A stretch of DNA of 44,399 nt from Salisapilia sapeloensis CBS 127946 (taxonomy: Eukaryota; Protista; Oomycota): assembly GCA_023334545.1 (NCBI GenBank), contig JAADVB010000158.1:1-44399 (forward strand), written 5' to 3'. Every line of letters starts with the position of its first letter. Positions within the stretch are counted from its first letter, which is position 1. Below are positions 10,379 to 20,105 of the stretch, piece by piece. A model generated the notes under the pieces. The model did not search any database. It was not told where the DNA came from and saw nothing but the letters and a program-made list of their open reading frames with translations. Both the position numbers and the translations under genes were made by a program.

Positions 10379-11038
10379 CTACAATCTACGTAGACTCTTC
10401 TTCTTCTGTGCCTTCCGTTTCGCAACTTCAGGTGTCTCCGTACGGCGTTTCTTAGGCGTCTCTGGTTCAACTGAATGACCAGAAGTTGTGTCCATTTTGT
10501 TTTCTTTACCTAGAGGAGACGACTGGTTGCTGTTTGGACTGGAGCCTCCAGTGCATGATACACTCTTCTCAACTCCTTTCGACGCATGGATTTCCGTCCA
10601 TAGCTTTGCTCGACGGTCGTATTCTTCGTAACTGTCTAAGAATAGCCTCGCTGCTTCATCATTCAAAGCAGATTCCGGGAAAGGGACGATCAAAAGACAT
10701 CGGATGACCTGCAGGACATGCGCAAGACCGACGTCTGGACTCCAGTCTTTCGCCAGTGTGTTCACACAGATAGAGCCATTCGAGACGGCGACATTTGGGT
10801 GGAAAATCTTGGTTAAAAAGTACCCTCGTGGAGCTTCGTTTGGGTAGTTGGACGATAGAACAAGCTTGACAACAAAAGCACCACCTTCGTAAGGCGTGTT
10901 CTCTGGTCCAGTAATGGTCACTCGTACTTCATGTAACTGCTCTTCGTCCGTCGGAGTGTATGTGATGCCAGCAGGAGGTGACGAAGCAAGACGACGAATT
11001 TCTCGAGCGATACGCTGTACTACTTGAGAGGAAGGCAT
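10379..11038 (-). CDS. UBE2S: Ubiquitin-conjugating enzyme E2 S (APC/C K11-chain E2; 219 aa)
   Basis: UBC fold GPENTPYEGG..FLTKIFHPNV..GSICVNTL (catalytic Cys), IRCLLIVPFPESALN, and the basic C-terminal tail KKKSLRRL characteristic of UBE2S. Confidence 0.93.
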   Translation of the reverse strand: MPSSQVVQRIAREIRRLASSPPAGITYTPTDEEQLHEVRVTITGPENTPYEGGAFVVKLVLSSNYPNEAPRGYFLTKIFHPNVAVSNGSICVNTLAKDWSPDVGLAHVLQVIRCLLIVPFPESALNDEAARLFLDSYEEYDRRAKLWTEIHASKGVEKSVSCTGGSSPNSNQSSPLGKENKMDTTSGHSVEPETPKKRRTETPEVAKRKAQKKKSLRRL

Positions 11039-11434
11039 CTTGTTTCAACTGAGCTACAAATAGAATGATGAATATGGTCGTTAAACAGCATCTAAAAGCA
11101 TATAGAACGAAAAGAAAGTATACTTTCAGAGCGAATGACGAAGCAGGTCGTTTCGATGTAGATCTAGAATCAAAAAGACGAGGATGGCTGCCGATGGATT
11201 GTCCGGACGTAGTTTCAATTGGCGGACGTTTTGGCGCCGAATCGTTAGTTTACACCATTTAAATTTAATTTACGATAGGCATACAATCAAATAGTTTATT
11301 TTAAATTTATCTTTCTACAATGCCGAATATAATGCGAACTTATTTCTTTACTACTTTTTATTTGAAGTTTAGGACCACCAGGATGGGATGAAACGACCAC
11401 AAGTTAGGTGATTATTTTCAATTCCACGGGCAGT

Positions 11435-14242
11435 ATGAGTGAGAAATACTTAGTTAGAGAAGATGCACATGCTGATGAAAAAGGAAGAAGAAGAACGCAG
11501 CCAACGTTACCGCCAATTACGCAGAAGAAGACCGAGCCGGCTTCGGCTTCTACTCCAAAGACTACACCTCGAAACGTCGTAGCTGCTTCTGATAACGATT
11601 TCAAGAATGAGCCAGATCTTCCTACTGCACCAGAATATGATTCCATTGAGAGAAGGCCATCTCATTCTAATCCTCCGGTGTCAACACCTGGACCAGAATT
11701 TGACTCGCTGGACCGACGCCCATCTCACTCCAGCCCTCCAGTATCGTCACATACGTTACCATCTTCATCTCAGAAATATGCACATACCACCTCCAGACCA
11801 ATTCGCTTTAGTTTACAAAGAGAATCCAAGCGGCTGCTTAAATCCGCTGCTTTACTGCTGTCGCGTATGTCAAAGCAACGGCGTGTTTCCTTCGCTCTGA
11901 TTATCCTTGGCATGCTTTCTGAGACCGCAACACCAGTACCGCGACATAACGTTCCGATAGGTATTACACTAGTAACGAGGTCAACCGACAGCTTTGATCA
12001 TCGTTTAGTGGTCTCAGGACTGTGTTTCGGAGTGCTACTTGATCTCATTTGGTTGTTGCGTCCACAGGAAGGCTGCTTTAACGGCTACTTTCTCGTCGAC
12101 CTGGACCGATACTCACGTATTTGGCTCGTTATGTGTCTATTGGCCAAAGCATATCTTGTCATGTCCACCTACTTTGTTCTCGAACCTGAAAAGCAGCAAG
12201 CTTCGTCGGCGCCTATAAGAAGACATGTCTGGGATCGCATTCGATTCTTTCTTCCTCGGAAAACATTACCTCGACCATCGCAACTCAGTCACGAGGTGCT
12301 TATGCGTGTCATCATGTTAGTCTGGATTCACGCCGTTGCTGGCATCGTTTTGTTCGTGCTCGCGATGACTGCACTTATATTCTATGCGAATACGATTCAG
12401 TTTCGCTCAACAACTTTGGGCGCTCCACTGTATGTTGCGATGTTATTCAAAGCGACGACTTCGTGCGCAACTTTTATTACAGCGGCAGACAAGCTCAACT
12501 TTTATGGCTGCTTCATGCTATCAGGCTGTAGCTACTTGGCAAGGTATGATGCAGCATCTGCGAATCAACCAATTGTACTTAAATATGGTCGTGCGTGGGC
12601 GAGGCGTGTAAAGTATGCAAAGACCGTCGATCTCGTTTTTGGTGCTTATCTTTCACTAGTCTATTACGCAGCCTTCCGTAGCGGAACCTTCTTCGCTCGA
12701 AACGGAGTTACCACAATGCTTTCACTTACTGGAGTAATTATTATTGTGTTGGACTTGTGGACACCTTTGCTCATTGTCATTGCAGTCCGTTGTGGTATTG
12801 CTTTACATCGTCATCATCGCCAAGGTTCGATCGATGTTGATCCTTACTTTCCAAATCAACTAGAATACGATGATGAAAGTGGAGAAAGTGAAGAGGGTAG
12901 TGACAGCGAGGATGAAGAAGAAAATGAAGAGTCGAGTGAATCAGAACCTATGTTAGATGCTATGAAAACCTCATCACATTCCGATGGCTCTTCGCATAGT
13001 AGGAGAATGCAAGGGCACCAAAATAGTGCTTCAAATCCATTTTTGCAAATGGCTTGTGGAAATGAGGGTCTTGGTAATTGGGTTCGCCAAATCGATGAAA
13101 ATGGTCGTGCCTACTTGGTGCATACCATGTCTGGCACACAAATTTGGGAGAGCGAACCAAGTGTTGAGCAAAATGAATTACCTGCAGCTCAAAATGCACC
13201 GTTTGCATCTCCTCGTGCCACATCGCCAAGAGTAACTGTAAATGCTCTTGCAGCAGAAACTCCCCGTAATTATTCTCCGATAGTAGCTGATTATAGCCAC
13301 GCAGTGGAAGCTCCTTTCAATTCTTCTTCATGGGTAGCTGGCAATGCTTCCAACACAGAAGCACCACGTGCTCTTTCCGCTAGATCGGCTGTCAATAACA
13401 CGACGGTTAGAACCTCTCGTGCGCTTTCAGCTCGGGAAACATCCAATGCTTTTAATGCTGGTACAACTCGAACCCACTCTCCTAGGTTCACTTCCAATAT
13501 TTCCTTTGCCGAAATGCACCGCACCCTTACTCCTACACTTGCTGTGAATGATGCAGCCGTGGAAACACCTACTCTATCAGCTGAAGAAAATACCTATGGT
13601 CCCACCGAGGATGCGCCATCTACAATATACCCTGATGCTGCAGTCAGTACTCCCATCGAGGAAACACCTCGTAATTTTTCACATCAAGATACTGAGGATG
13701 CCCCTCTCGCGATAGCGTCTACTACACATTCGCCTAGAATAGACGAAGCTACATCATCAGTTGAATCACATAGTGTTCCACTGCTTCACTTGGAAAGGAT
13801 CCATAGCGTCCAACTTCCACTACTCGACAAAGCATCAACACCCTCGCAATCGGTAGAGCAATATAGTACTAGGTCCAGCGATATTGAACAAGCAGGTCCA
13901 AGAGATAACGCTGAAAGTCCGGAAGATTTATGGTCCTCTTTACCTGATGGAGGGAACTTTGCATGCCAAGTTTCTAGAGTACCTTCCTCTGGAGACTTGC
14001 TAGCCCACCTCATCAATCACGGTTTCCAACTCGTTTCCGACGCCGAGACAGACTCCAAGCGTCGCGTTCTATTCTATTACCCCAACGAAGATGAAGTCGA
14101 GTGTCATTTCTTAGGTGAACTTGTGTTCGAAGACTTATTCTTGCGAGCGTCGTTCAAGTGCACGAAGCCAAGCATCATCCCATCGATCATCAAGAAGTTA
14201 CAGCTTAAATCTCTTGTGGGCAAATACATTCCTCTAAAATAA
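11435..14242 (+). CDS. Multi-pass membrane protein with an acidic tract, a WW-like domain, S/T/P-rich repeats and a C-terminal beta-adaptin-appendage-like domain (935 aa)
   Basis: Intron-free long ORF; first ATG 11435 (the track start at 11408 is GTG). About 9-10 hydrophobic segments, an EYDDESGESEEGSDSEDEEENEE tract, WW-like GNWVRQIDENGRAYLVHTMSGTQIWESEP, and C-terminal LWSSLP..CHFLGELVFE..LRASFKC..LKSLVG. Confidence 0.8.
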   Translation: MSEKYLVREDAHADEKGRRRTQPTLPPITQKKTEPASASTPKTTPRNVVAASDNDFKNEPDLPTAPEYDSIERRPSHSNPPVSTPGPEFDSLDRRPSHSSPPVSSHTLPSSSQKYAHTTSRPIRFSLQRESKRLLKSAALLLSRMSKQRRVSFALIILGMLSETATPVPRHNVPIGITLVTRSTDSFDHRLVVSGLCFGVLLDLIWLLRPQEGCFNGYFLVDLDRYSRIWLVMCLLAKAYLVMSTYFVLEPEKQQASSAPIRRHVWDRIRFFLPRKTLPRPSQLSHEVLMRVIMLVWIHAVAGIVLFVLAMTALIFYANTIQFRSTTLGAPLYVAMLFKATTSCATFITAADKLNFYGCFMLSGCSYLARYDAASANQPIVLKYGRAWARRVKYAKTVDLVFGAYLSLVYYAAFRSGTFFARNGVTTMLSLTGVIIIVLDLWTPLLIVIAVRCGIALHRHHRQGSIDVDPYFPNQLEYDDESGESEEGSDSEDEEENEESSESEPMLDAMKTSSHSDGSSHSRRMQGHQNSASNPFLQMACGNEGLGNWVRQIDENGRAYLVHTMSGTQIWESEPSVEQNELPAAQNAPFASPRATSPRVTVNALAAETPRNYSPIVADYSHAVEAPFNSSSWVAGNASNTEAPRALSARSAVNNTTVRTSRALSARETSNAFNAGTTRTHSPRFTSNISFAEMHRTLTPTLAVNDAAVETPTLSAEENTYGPTEDAPSTIYPDAAVSTPIEETPRNFSHQDTEDAPLAIASTTHSPRIDEATSSVESHSVPLLHLERIHSVQLPLLDKASTPSQSVEQYSTRSSDIEQAGPRDNAESPEDLWSSLPDGGNFACQVSRVPSSGDLLAHLINHGFQLVSDAETDSKRRVLFYYPNEDEVECHFLGELVFEDLFLRASFKCTKPSIIPSIIKKLQLKSLVGKYIPLK
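11630..11755 (+). repeat. Imperfect 63-nt (21-aa) tandem duplication within the coding sequence
   Basis: PEYDSIERRPSHSNPPVSTPG then PEFDSLDRRPSHSSPPVSSHT; units begin at 11630 and 11693 (ccagaatatg.. / ccagaatttg..). Confidence 0.85.
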
Positions 14243-14352
14243 GCAAGTACCACAACTATCCTTTCAAATTCTTTCTGTATTCGATCCTGTCAAAAGAAAA
14301 AAAAGCTACTTATCCTTCATCCTGTTCATCCACTTGTTCGACTGCAGGATAT

Positions 14353-17300
14353 TTACATTATCTGGCATCGTCGTTCTTCCACCTCTTCCACGATCTTGTC
14401 AATATCCTTTTCCGTAATCTTTCCCTCCTTATTCGGAGGATACAGATCCTTGACAGCCATTCCCTTCAAGTCCGATCGAACGTAGAACAACAAGTACGCG
14501 CTCGGGTTCACGACTCGAGACTCTTCCACGACACGAACGCGTTCATCGTCGTAATAATACCACTGCTCATCCACAAAGTTCTTTGCGTATGCAGTGTAGT
14601 GGCCACCTCCGAGTGCTCCTTGGTGGTTCACGACACCATATAGGTCGTACGTTGTTTCCAAGCCGCGTGATTCCTCCAAATTCGTGTTCGTATACCCTCG
14701 CTTGAGCCTCGTTCCTCCTTCCGCGAATGATCCAGCGCTCCCTGCTCGTTTAAATGAGGTCGATTGCGATGTACGACCGACATCTTTCAGTTCCGTCACG
14801 GCATCCTCCTCTTCCTCATTCTCTTCCTTACTATCGCTACCTTCCTGTGCGCTCTGATCTGTCGTGAACTCACTGCTAGCAGGTGTCGACTCGACACTGT
14901 CTTCATCCTTTTCAACACAATGCTTGACTCTCGCCTCTTCTTTCGTCGGGTACTTTTCCGGTGTTTCTACATGCGGAGCAGTGCACGTGGACAGTTCTAA
15001 GCCAGTGAGTGGGAACTCGACTAAGGAAACCAATTTCCGACGATACGACTGTGTGTACTGGAACCTCTTGAGGTGGATCACCATGACCGGCGGCAGTCGC
15101 CAGAGTTCCAGCTTCTTTGTCATTTCCACATGCGACTGACAGCTAGAGCAGTACCCTTCATTGATCTTCTCTTCCGTTGTGAACGCGTCTAAGCAGTGAT
15201 TCAGCGGCACAGGACCCTTGTCAATAGCGTCACTTCGAGCGACACTTTCATGCTCTTCGACGTGCTTCATCTTATCCAGAGTCTCCCGGTCTTGGAAAAG
15301 CTCCAAGTCCCAGTCAATCGCCACGGCTTCGTCCTCTAACAAGTCCAGAGGTTCATCGTTGCACGGGATCAAGTGTCCAAAGGATCTCGTAAGCCAATGT
15401 GATCGAGCATCAGCATGTGCTTTCGTCCCGACTCTTCGAAGGACAAATCCACAGGAAGAGTTCAGACCTGTAAAGAGACTATCGATACGCTTCACGACTC
15501 GGTCTTGACCTGTCGAAGCTGGGACTTGGTCCCATACCTTTGGTTCCTCCACGTCTTTCACATAGTCCTTAACCCTCTTCCATACAAGATGATATAGCTC
15601 CAAACCCGTCGTTCGCTCCGGACACAGACGCAAGAGCCTTGGCGTACCGAAAGGCGTCGGACGGAACGGATTTTTAAAGTAAACAGCAGAGTAACTCAAC
15701 TTTCTCGACATAAGCGGCAGGTAGAGCAGTCGAGGCTGCCGCGCTCGGACTCGAGACAGTGGCACTCGTACCGTCTCTTCATTCCGACCGAGTCGAACGA
15801 GTACTTCATCCTCAAGACAATCGATGATGACACCAGGAACGAACTCGGCCGAGTGGGTATGCACACGTGCTTCCACTAGCGCTCCCGTACGTACCTCTAG
15901 TTCCTCCACAACTTCTTCCTCTTCCACCTCTTCACTCTCCTCTTCCTCGACGTTCCCCCAACTCTGTCGTCTCGACCGTGTCGCGTTCCACGTGTCTCTC
16001 GGCACTTTTTCCAACTGATATGCGATCAAACGTTCGATACTCCGGATCTGACCGACGCGACGCATATCTGACTTGAAGCTCTGGATCGTCGGACCATTGT
16101 ACTCGCACACTTTCAAGTTAGAAGCTTCCACGTCCTCTATGCCCAACTCGTTCGTCATGAGAGTCACAAGCGCTTGCTTCAGATCCAAGATCGTCGCAGA
16201 GATCTCTAGTCTCACGGACACTTTTAACGGTGCTCGACCGTCCGCTAGGACAAGCAGCAGCGTCACAGTGCTATGCGTCGGTTCTGGTAGTGGCACCTGC
16301 AAGAAGGTAAATGGTTCGAAACGTGCAGACTTGAAGCCACAGATTTGACACGTAAGCAGGCTCTTGTACTGACCAGTGAACAAGGCAACGATGATCGACA
16401 CTTCTCGACGCAAGTGGTTTCGCCACCACTCGTCTGCTAGATCAGCATCGAAGCGACCGTCACTATCCGGTTGCTCCACATACGGCTTCTCTTCAATTCG
16501 ATTCAAATCTTCACTTAAACCACTTAGTAGGAACGACAGAAGTTCCTGTGCATCCTGCTGGTCGTTCCCTTTAAATGCATCGTTCAGTTTCGCCATGGCT
16601 TTCTTAAAGTTACGTGGACTGATCGCCTTCTGCTTAAGCGTCCACACGTCTTCCATCAACCGGCCGTATGCTTCCGCTAGTTTCCCTTGAGCTCCCAACG
16701 CATTCGAGTCATTCACGTCATCGAGGTACATGCCAGATAGGAAGTATTCTGCCAAGAGCTGCGTGTTCGCGAGACACTGGAGCGCAGAGTTCATGTAGCA
16801 AGTGTTCCCCATATTCGTAAGACCTGTGCTGCCTCCATTACGTAGTTTCTTTGGCAGTGCTAGCGCTTCTTTCCGACGCTCCGTGTCTTCTTCAGACGAA
16901 GTGTCTGCCGCTTCCTCCTGTCCAGCAGTCTCCCAGACATCCAACTTAGTCTCTCCGTCTGCAAACTTGACGACACGTCGAGCAACCTCTGGACCACCGC
17001 CGTACCATAGCTTCAAGGCACACCAGAGACGTTCACAGACTACGACAAAGTGTCGATTAATACGAATCTCATCAGAAGACTTGAGTGCAGTCTCCCGTCG
17101 GTCATTTGAAAGCAGCGGATAGTTGTTAATGAACTTGGGACGCGTGTAGTTCCCATCAGCATCGATGATTGAAGAACTACTAGATTTCTCCGGACTTGAT
17201 GTCGTGCTGGGCGTACTACTCTTCTGAGGCGTCGTGCCTTTAACAGCTGAATTCGACGCAGACGTCGTGGACGATGGCTTAGGTTCCACCGGTGTGGATA

Positions 17301-19614
17301 GCAGACCTTCGCCTCTTGTCGGCTGGAAGCCACTGTACTTGCTCCAGTGGGAGAACCACTTGCGTTCTAGTAGATACCACGTTTCGTCTTCCACAAGTGC
17401 CGTGTCATCGTATGGTTTGTAGCAGTCTTTCGCGAGTTTCAGTTCCTCTTCTTTATTCGCCGGACTTAGCTCCAAGTCAACGAAGGCAACCGTACGCATC
17501 GTACGTGCACAAGACACTTCATATGTCTCGTCCACTGCCCATCGCGTGAACTCATCTAATGTCATGGAAGGAGACGGACGAGGTTTCGTTTCCGATACAC
17601 TACGACGTTTGCCAAATCGACGCATGGTCCAATCGACGAATCGCCCAAGCTCGGAACCAGAGACGCTCGGATTACGCCCGTCATCCGTCTCGATCACCAG
17701 TCCATCGTACAGGATAGAGGAGGAAGAGCTACGTTGATGATGCGACTTGCGCTCAATCTTCTCCAGCGCATCGAGCACCTTTTGCTCTAGCTCTGGACTT
17801 TGCGCCAGGTCTAGTCGCAACATTCCGTAGAGTCCATCTCGAGACAAGAGTTCTCCATCCGCAAAGACTTTGAACGCCAACTCTGCTTTTTCCTCCAACG
17901 TACCACGACAAGAAGCACTTAAAGCATGTACGAACGAAAAGATGTCAATGTCTTCTCCGTTCGCACGAGATCCGAGTGTCGAGAAGACTCGTCGGAACTG
18001 TTCAGCACTCATTTCCAACGGAAAGTCAGTCATTAACGCTTCCATATCAATCCCGTCGCCTCGATCCGTCGTCCGGTAGTTACTAAAAGCTTCTAACAAG
18101 ACACCAACTTCGGCTTCTTCAAAGTGCGTGTCGTTCGCAAGAATCTTTTGCTGGACCGTCGGATTAAATTCCTCTTGACTTTCCAATAACTTTTGATCTA
18201 CACTTTCACACAAGGTATCGACAAATGACGGCATCCAACCGACGAGCAAGTTACAAGAGTTGGGAAAAGATGGTACAGTGCTCAAGAAAGGTTCGAGCTC
18301 GAGCTTTGCTCTGCCTTGGTCAAAGACATCGTCCACGAGCGTTTGATACTCCGACTTGTCCAGCACCTGTCGACCGTACAGGAAGAGTAGCAAGTTACCG
18401 AGACCAGTGTGCTGCAGTTTATTCGCATGATCCAAGTCACACATGGCGTAGACAAAGGACAGTTGGTCTGTAAGGGAACCTGCGCGGAGGATCGCGACGG
18501 CACGTAGGAACTCGTCCATATTAATGTCCGACGCGTGTCGATCGGACACTGCTTTGATGAATCTTAAAGCAAAGTTAGAAGGCATATCAGGGAAGACTCC
18601 GAGGATGTCTCGACGGAAGGCTGTGCGACTGATACATATCTGAGAACCTTCGGTATGTAGACTATCTCGATGACTCTCCTTGCTCTCTTCCTCCGTCTTT
18701 TCCAAACGCTTGCAACTGCTGTCACCATGCAACAAGTATCTCGACGAGCACAAGTGTTTAAAAGCAAGTGACAAACTGTCGAGTTCGTCTTGCGGTAACA
18801 AATGCTTCTTTCGTTCCCACTCCAGCTCTTTCTTATGACGTTCCAACTTGCGTTCAAAGGATTCCATGTGAGCATGGACTTCAAGGAAGTTGTGTAGAGG
18901 GACTTGGATCTTCGGTCGAACGGCCAAGACTTCGACTAAGTACTTTTCCAACTCACTACGACGCTGTTCGATCACGGCTGGTAACCTCGAACGAAAGATG
19001 TGGCGCTTAGGAAACGAGAGAGTCTTCACATGGTTATTCCACTTGCGCAGACGGTCGTGCAAGTCTCGAAAGTCCGAGTATCGCTTCTGGATCTTCCATG
19101 AAAGACCTCCATGGAGCTTCACTTCAATCTCAAAGACCGTGTGCGTCGTCTTGTCAATGTCGATCTCCGAGATACCGTCGCTCGGCATGCTCACACTCTC
19201 GATTTCAAACGACGTCGCTTTCAACGGTAATCCAGTATGGACGCGTTCGAGAGGCTTGCATCCATTCGAAGACGAACGCTTAAGTCCCATAAGCTCACTC
19301 ACCGTGTGCGACCTTTCTAACAACGGTTTGCCCCACCTGCTCTTGCTTTCGACTGCCTGGGCCTTGGACTCGTTCACCATGCTCTTGGAATTGATATCCC
19401 TCGTTCGTACTTCATCCGACGATCTATTGACCTCTTCTGGTGACGGTGGGTTGCTATCGTAAGAAGCTGTGGAATGCGATGACGTGTGGGAGGCTGGAGG
19501 GGAGTCAACTGGGAGCGATGACTGCTTTGTGAGTGGCGACGGACCAGACGTGGATGCGTCACTCACTTTGACAAATCCCTCTTCGGAGCCCGACGTGTCT
19601 TGCCGGTCGGACAT
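14353..19614 (-). CDS. USP32: USP32-like deubiquitinase: PX - EF-hands - DUSP - USP (Ubl and Tudor-like inserts) - CaaX (1753 aa)
   Basis: Cys box GLTNMGNTCYMNSALQCL; QQDAQELLSFLL; His box YDLYGVVNHQGALGGGHYTAYAKN..WYYYDD..AYLLFY; DUSP WYLLERKWF..LWCALKLWYGGGP; EF-hand-like loops; PX motif KRYSDFRDLH..FPKR..IEQRRSELEKYL; C-terminal CQIM CaaX. Orthology is inferred from architecture. Confidence 0.88.
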   Translation of the reverse strand: MSDRQDTSGSEEGFVKVSDASTSGPSPLTKQSSLPVDSPPASHTSSHSTASYDSNPPSPEEVNRSSDEVRTRDINSKSMVNESKAQAVESKSRWGKPLLERSHTVSELMGLKRSSSNGCKPLERVHTGLPLKATSFEIESVSMPSDGISEIDIDKTTHTVFEIEVKLHGGLSWKIQKRYSDFRDLHDRLRKWNNHVKTLSFPKRHIFRSRLPAVIEQRRSELEKYLVEVLAVRPKIQVPLHNFLEVHAHMESFERKLERHKKELEWERKKHLLPQDELDSLSLAFKHLCSSRYLLHGDSSCKRLEKTEEESKESHRDSLHTEGSQICISRTAFRRDILGVFPDMPSNFALRFIKAVSDRHASDINMDEFLRAVAILRAGSLTDQLSFVYAMCDLDHANKLQHTGLGNLLLFLYGRQVLDKSEYQTLVDDVFDQGRAKLELEPFLSTVPSFPNSCNLLVGWMPSFVDTLCESVDQKLLESQEEFNPTVQQKILANDTHFEEAEVGVLLEAFSNYRTTDRGDGIDMEALMTDFPLEMSAEQFRRVFSTLGSRANGEDIDIFSFVHALSASCRGTLEEKAELAFKVFADGELLSRDGLYGMLRLDLAQSPELEQKVLDALEKIERKSHHQRSSSSSILYDGLVIETDDGRNPSVSGSELGRFVDWTMRRFGKRRSVSETKPRPSPSMTLDEFTRWAVDETYEVSCARTMRTVAFVDLELSPANKEEELKLAKDCYKPYDDTALVEDETWYLLERKWFSHWSKYSGFQPTRGEGLLSTPVEPKPSSTTSASNSAVKGTTPQKSSTPSTTSSPEKSSSSSIIDADGNYTRPKFINNYPLLSNDRRETALKSSDEIRINRHFVVVCERLWCALKLWYGGGPEVARRVVKFADGETKLDVWETAGQEEAADTSSEEDTERRKEALALPKKLRNGGSTGLTNMGNTCYMNSALQCLANTQLLAEYFLSGMYLDDVNDSNALGAQGKLAEAYGRLMEDVWTLKQKAISPRNFKKAMAKLNDAFKGNDQQDAQELLSFLLSGLSEDLNRIEEKPYVEQPDSDGRFDADLADEWWRNHLRREVSIIVALFTGQYKSLLTCQICGFKSARFEPFTFLQVPLPEPTHSTVTLLLVLADGRAPLKVSVRLEISATILDLKQALVTLMTNELGIEDVEASNLKVCEYNGPTIQSFKSDMRRVGQIRSIERLIAYQLEKVPRDTWNATRSRRQSWGNVEEEESEEVEEEEVVEELEVRTGALVEARVHTHSAEFVPGVIIDCLEDEVLVRLGRNEETVRVPLSRVRARQPRLLYLPLMSRKLSYSAVYFKNPFRPTPFGTPRLLRLCPERTTGLELYHLVWKRVKDYVKDVEEPKVWDQVPASTGQDRVVKRIDSLFTGLNSSCGFVLRRVGTKAHADARSHWLTRSFGHLIPCNDEPLDLLEDEAVAIDWDLELFQDRETLDKMKHVEEHESVARSDAIDKGPVPLNHCLDAFTTEEKINEGYCSSCQSHVEMTKKLELWRLPPVMVIHLKRFQYTQSYRRKLVSLVEFPLTGLELSTCTAPHVETPEKYPTKEEARVKHCVEKDEDSVESTPASSEFTTDQSAQEGSDSKEENEEEEDAVTELKDVGRTSQSTSFKRAGSAGSFAEGGTRLKRGYTNTNLEESRGLETTYDLYGVVNHQGALGGGHYTAYAKNFVDEQWYYYDDERVRVVEESRVVNPSAYLLFYVRSDLKGMAVKDLYPPNKEGKITEKDIDKIVEEVEERRCQIM

Positions 19615-20105
19615 TGCCTATCGTATCGTGTCGAAGACAGAGGCTGATGGAAGAAAAGGTATCAGAGAAGGAAGACTTCCGGACGCTGTGACAGGCCTCT
19701 AACTGCCTATCCTGTTTTTCGTTCGGTGAAAAAAGCTCCTGCTTTCAAGCAAGACTCGGCGATCTGAATACTAGAGCCTCTTTTTCGTCCTGCTGTGCGT
19801 CCGTCTTGCTAGTCACGGACAAACAGTCGCTTAATGTGATCGGAACGAGTGTCTCCGTGTCGAAATGCTGAGCAAATCAAACAACGATTTCGAACAGATG
19901 GAGCAGCTGCGACTTCACGACTGGGCGATAGTGAAATCGAGTCACGCGTTAAGTGTTAGCTAGCAGACGTATCATGTACCTACGCCCGCCCAACTTCAAT
20001 ATGTCAAGGATCCGAGACGATGATGTCAGACAAGAGTGGTCATGGCGGTCAGGACATGACTTTGGAAGAAGGATGCACATGCACAATAAATGTCATTAAA
20101 AAAAG

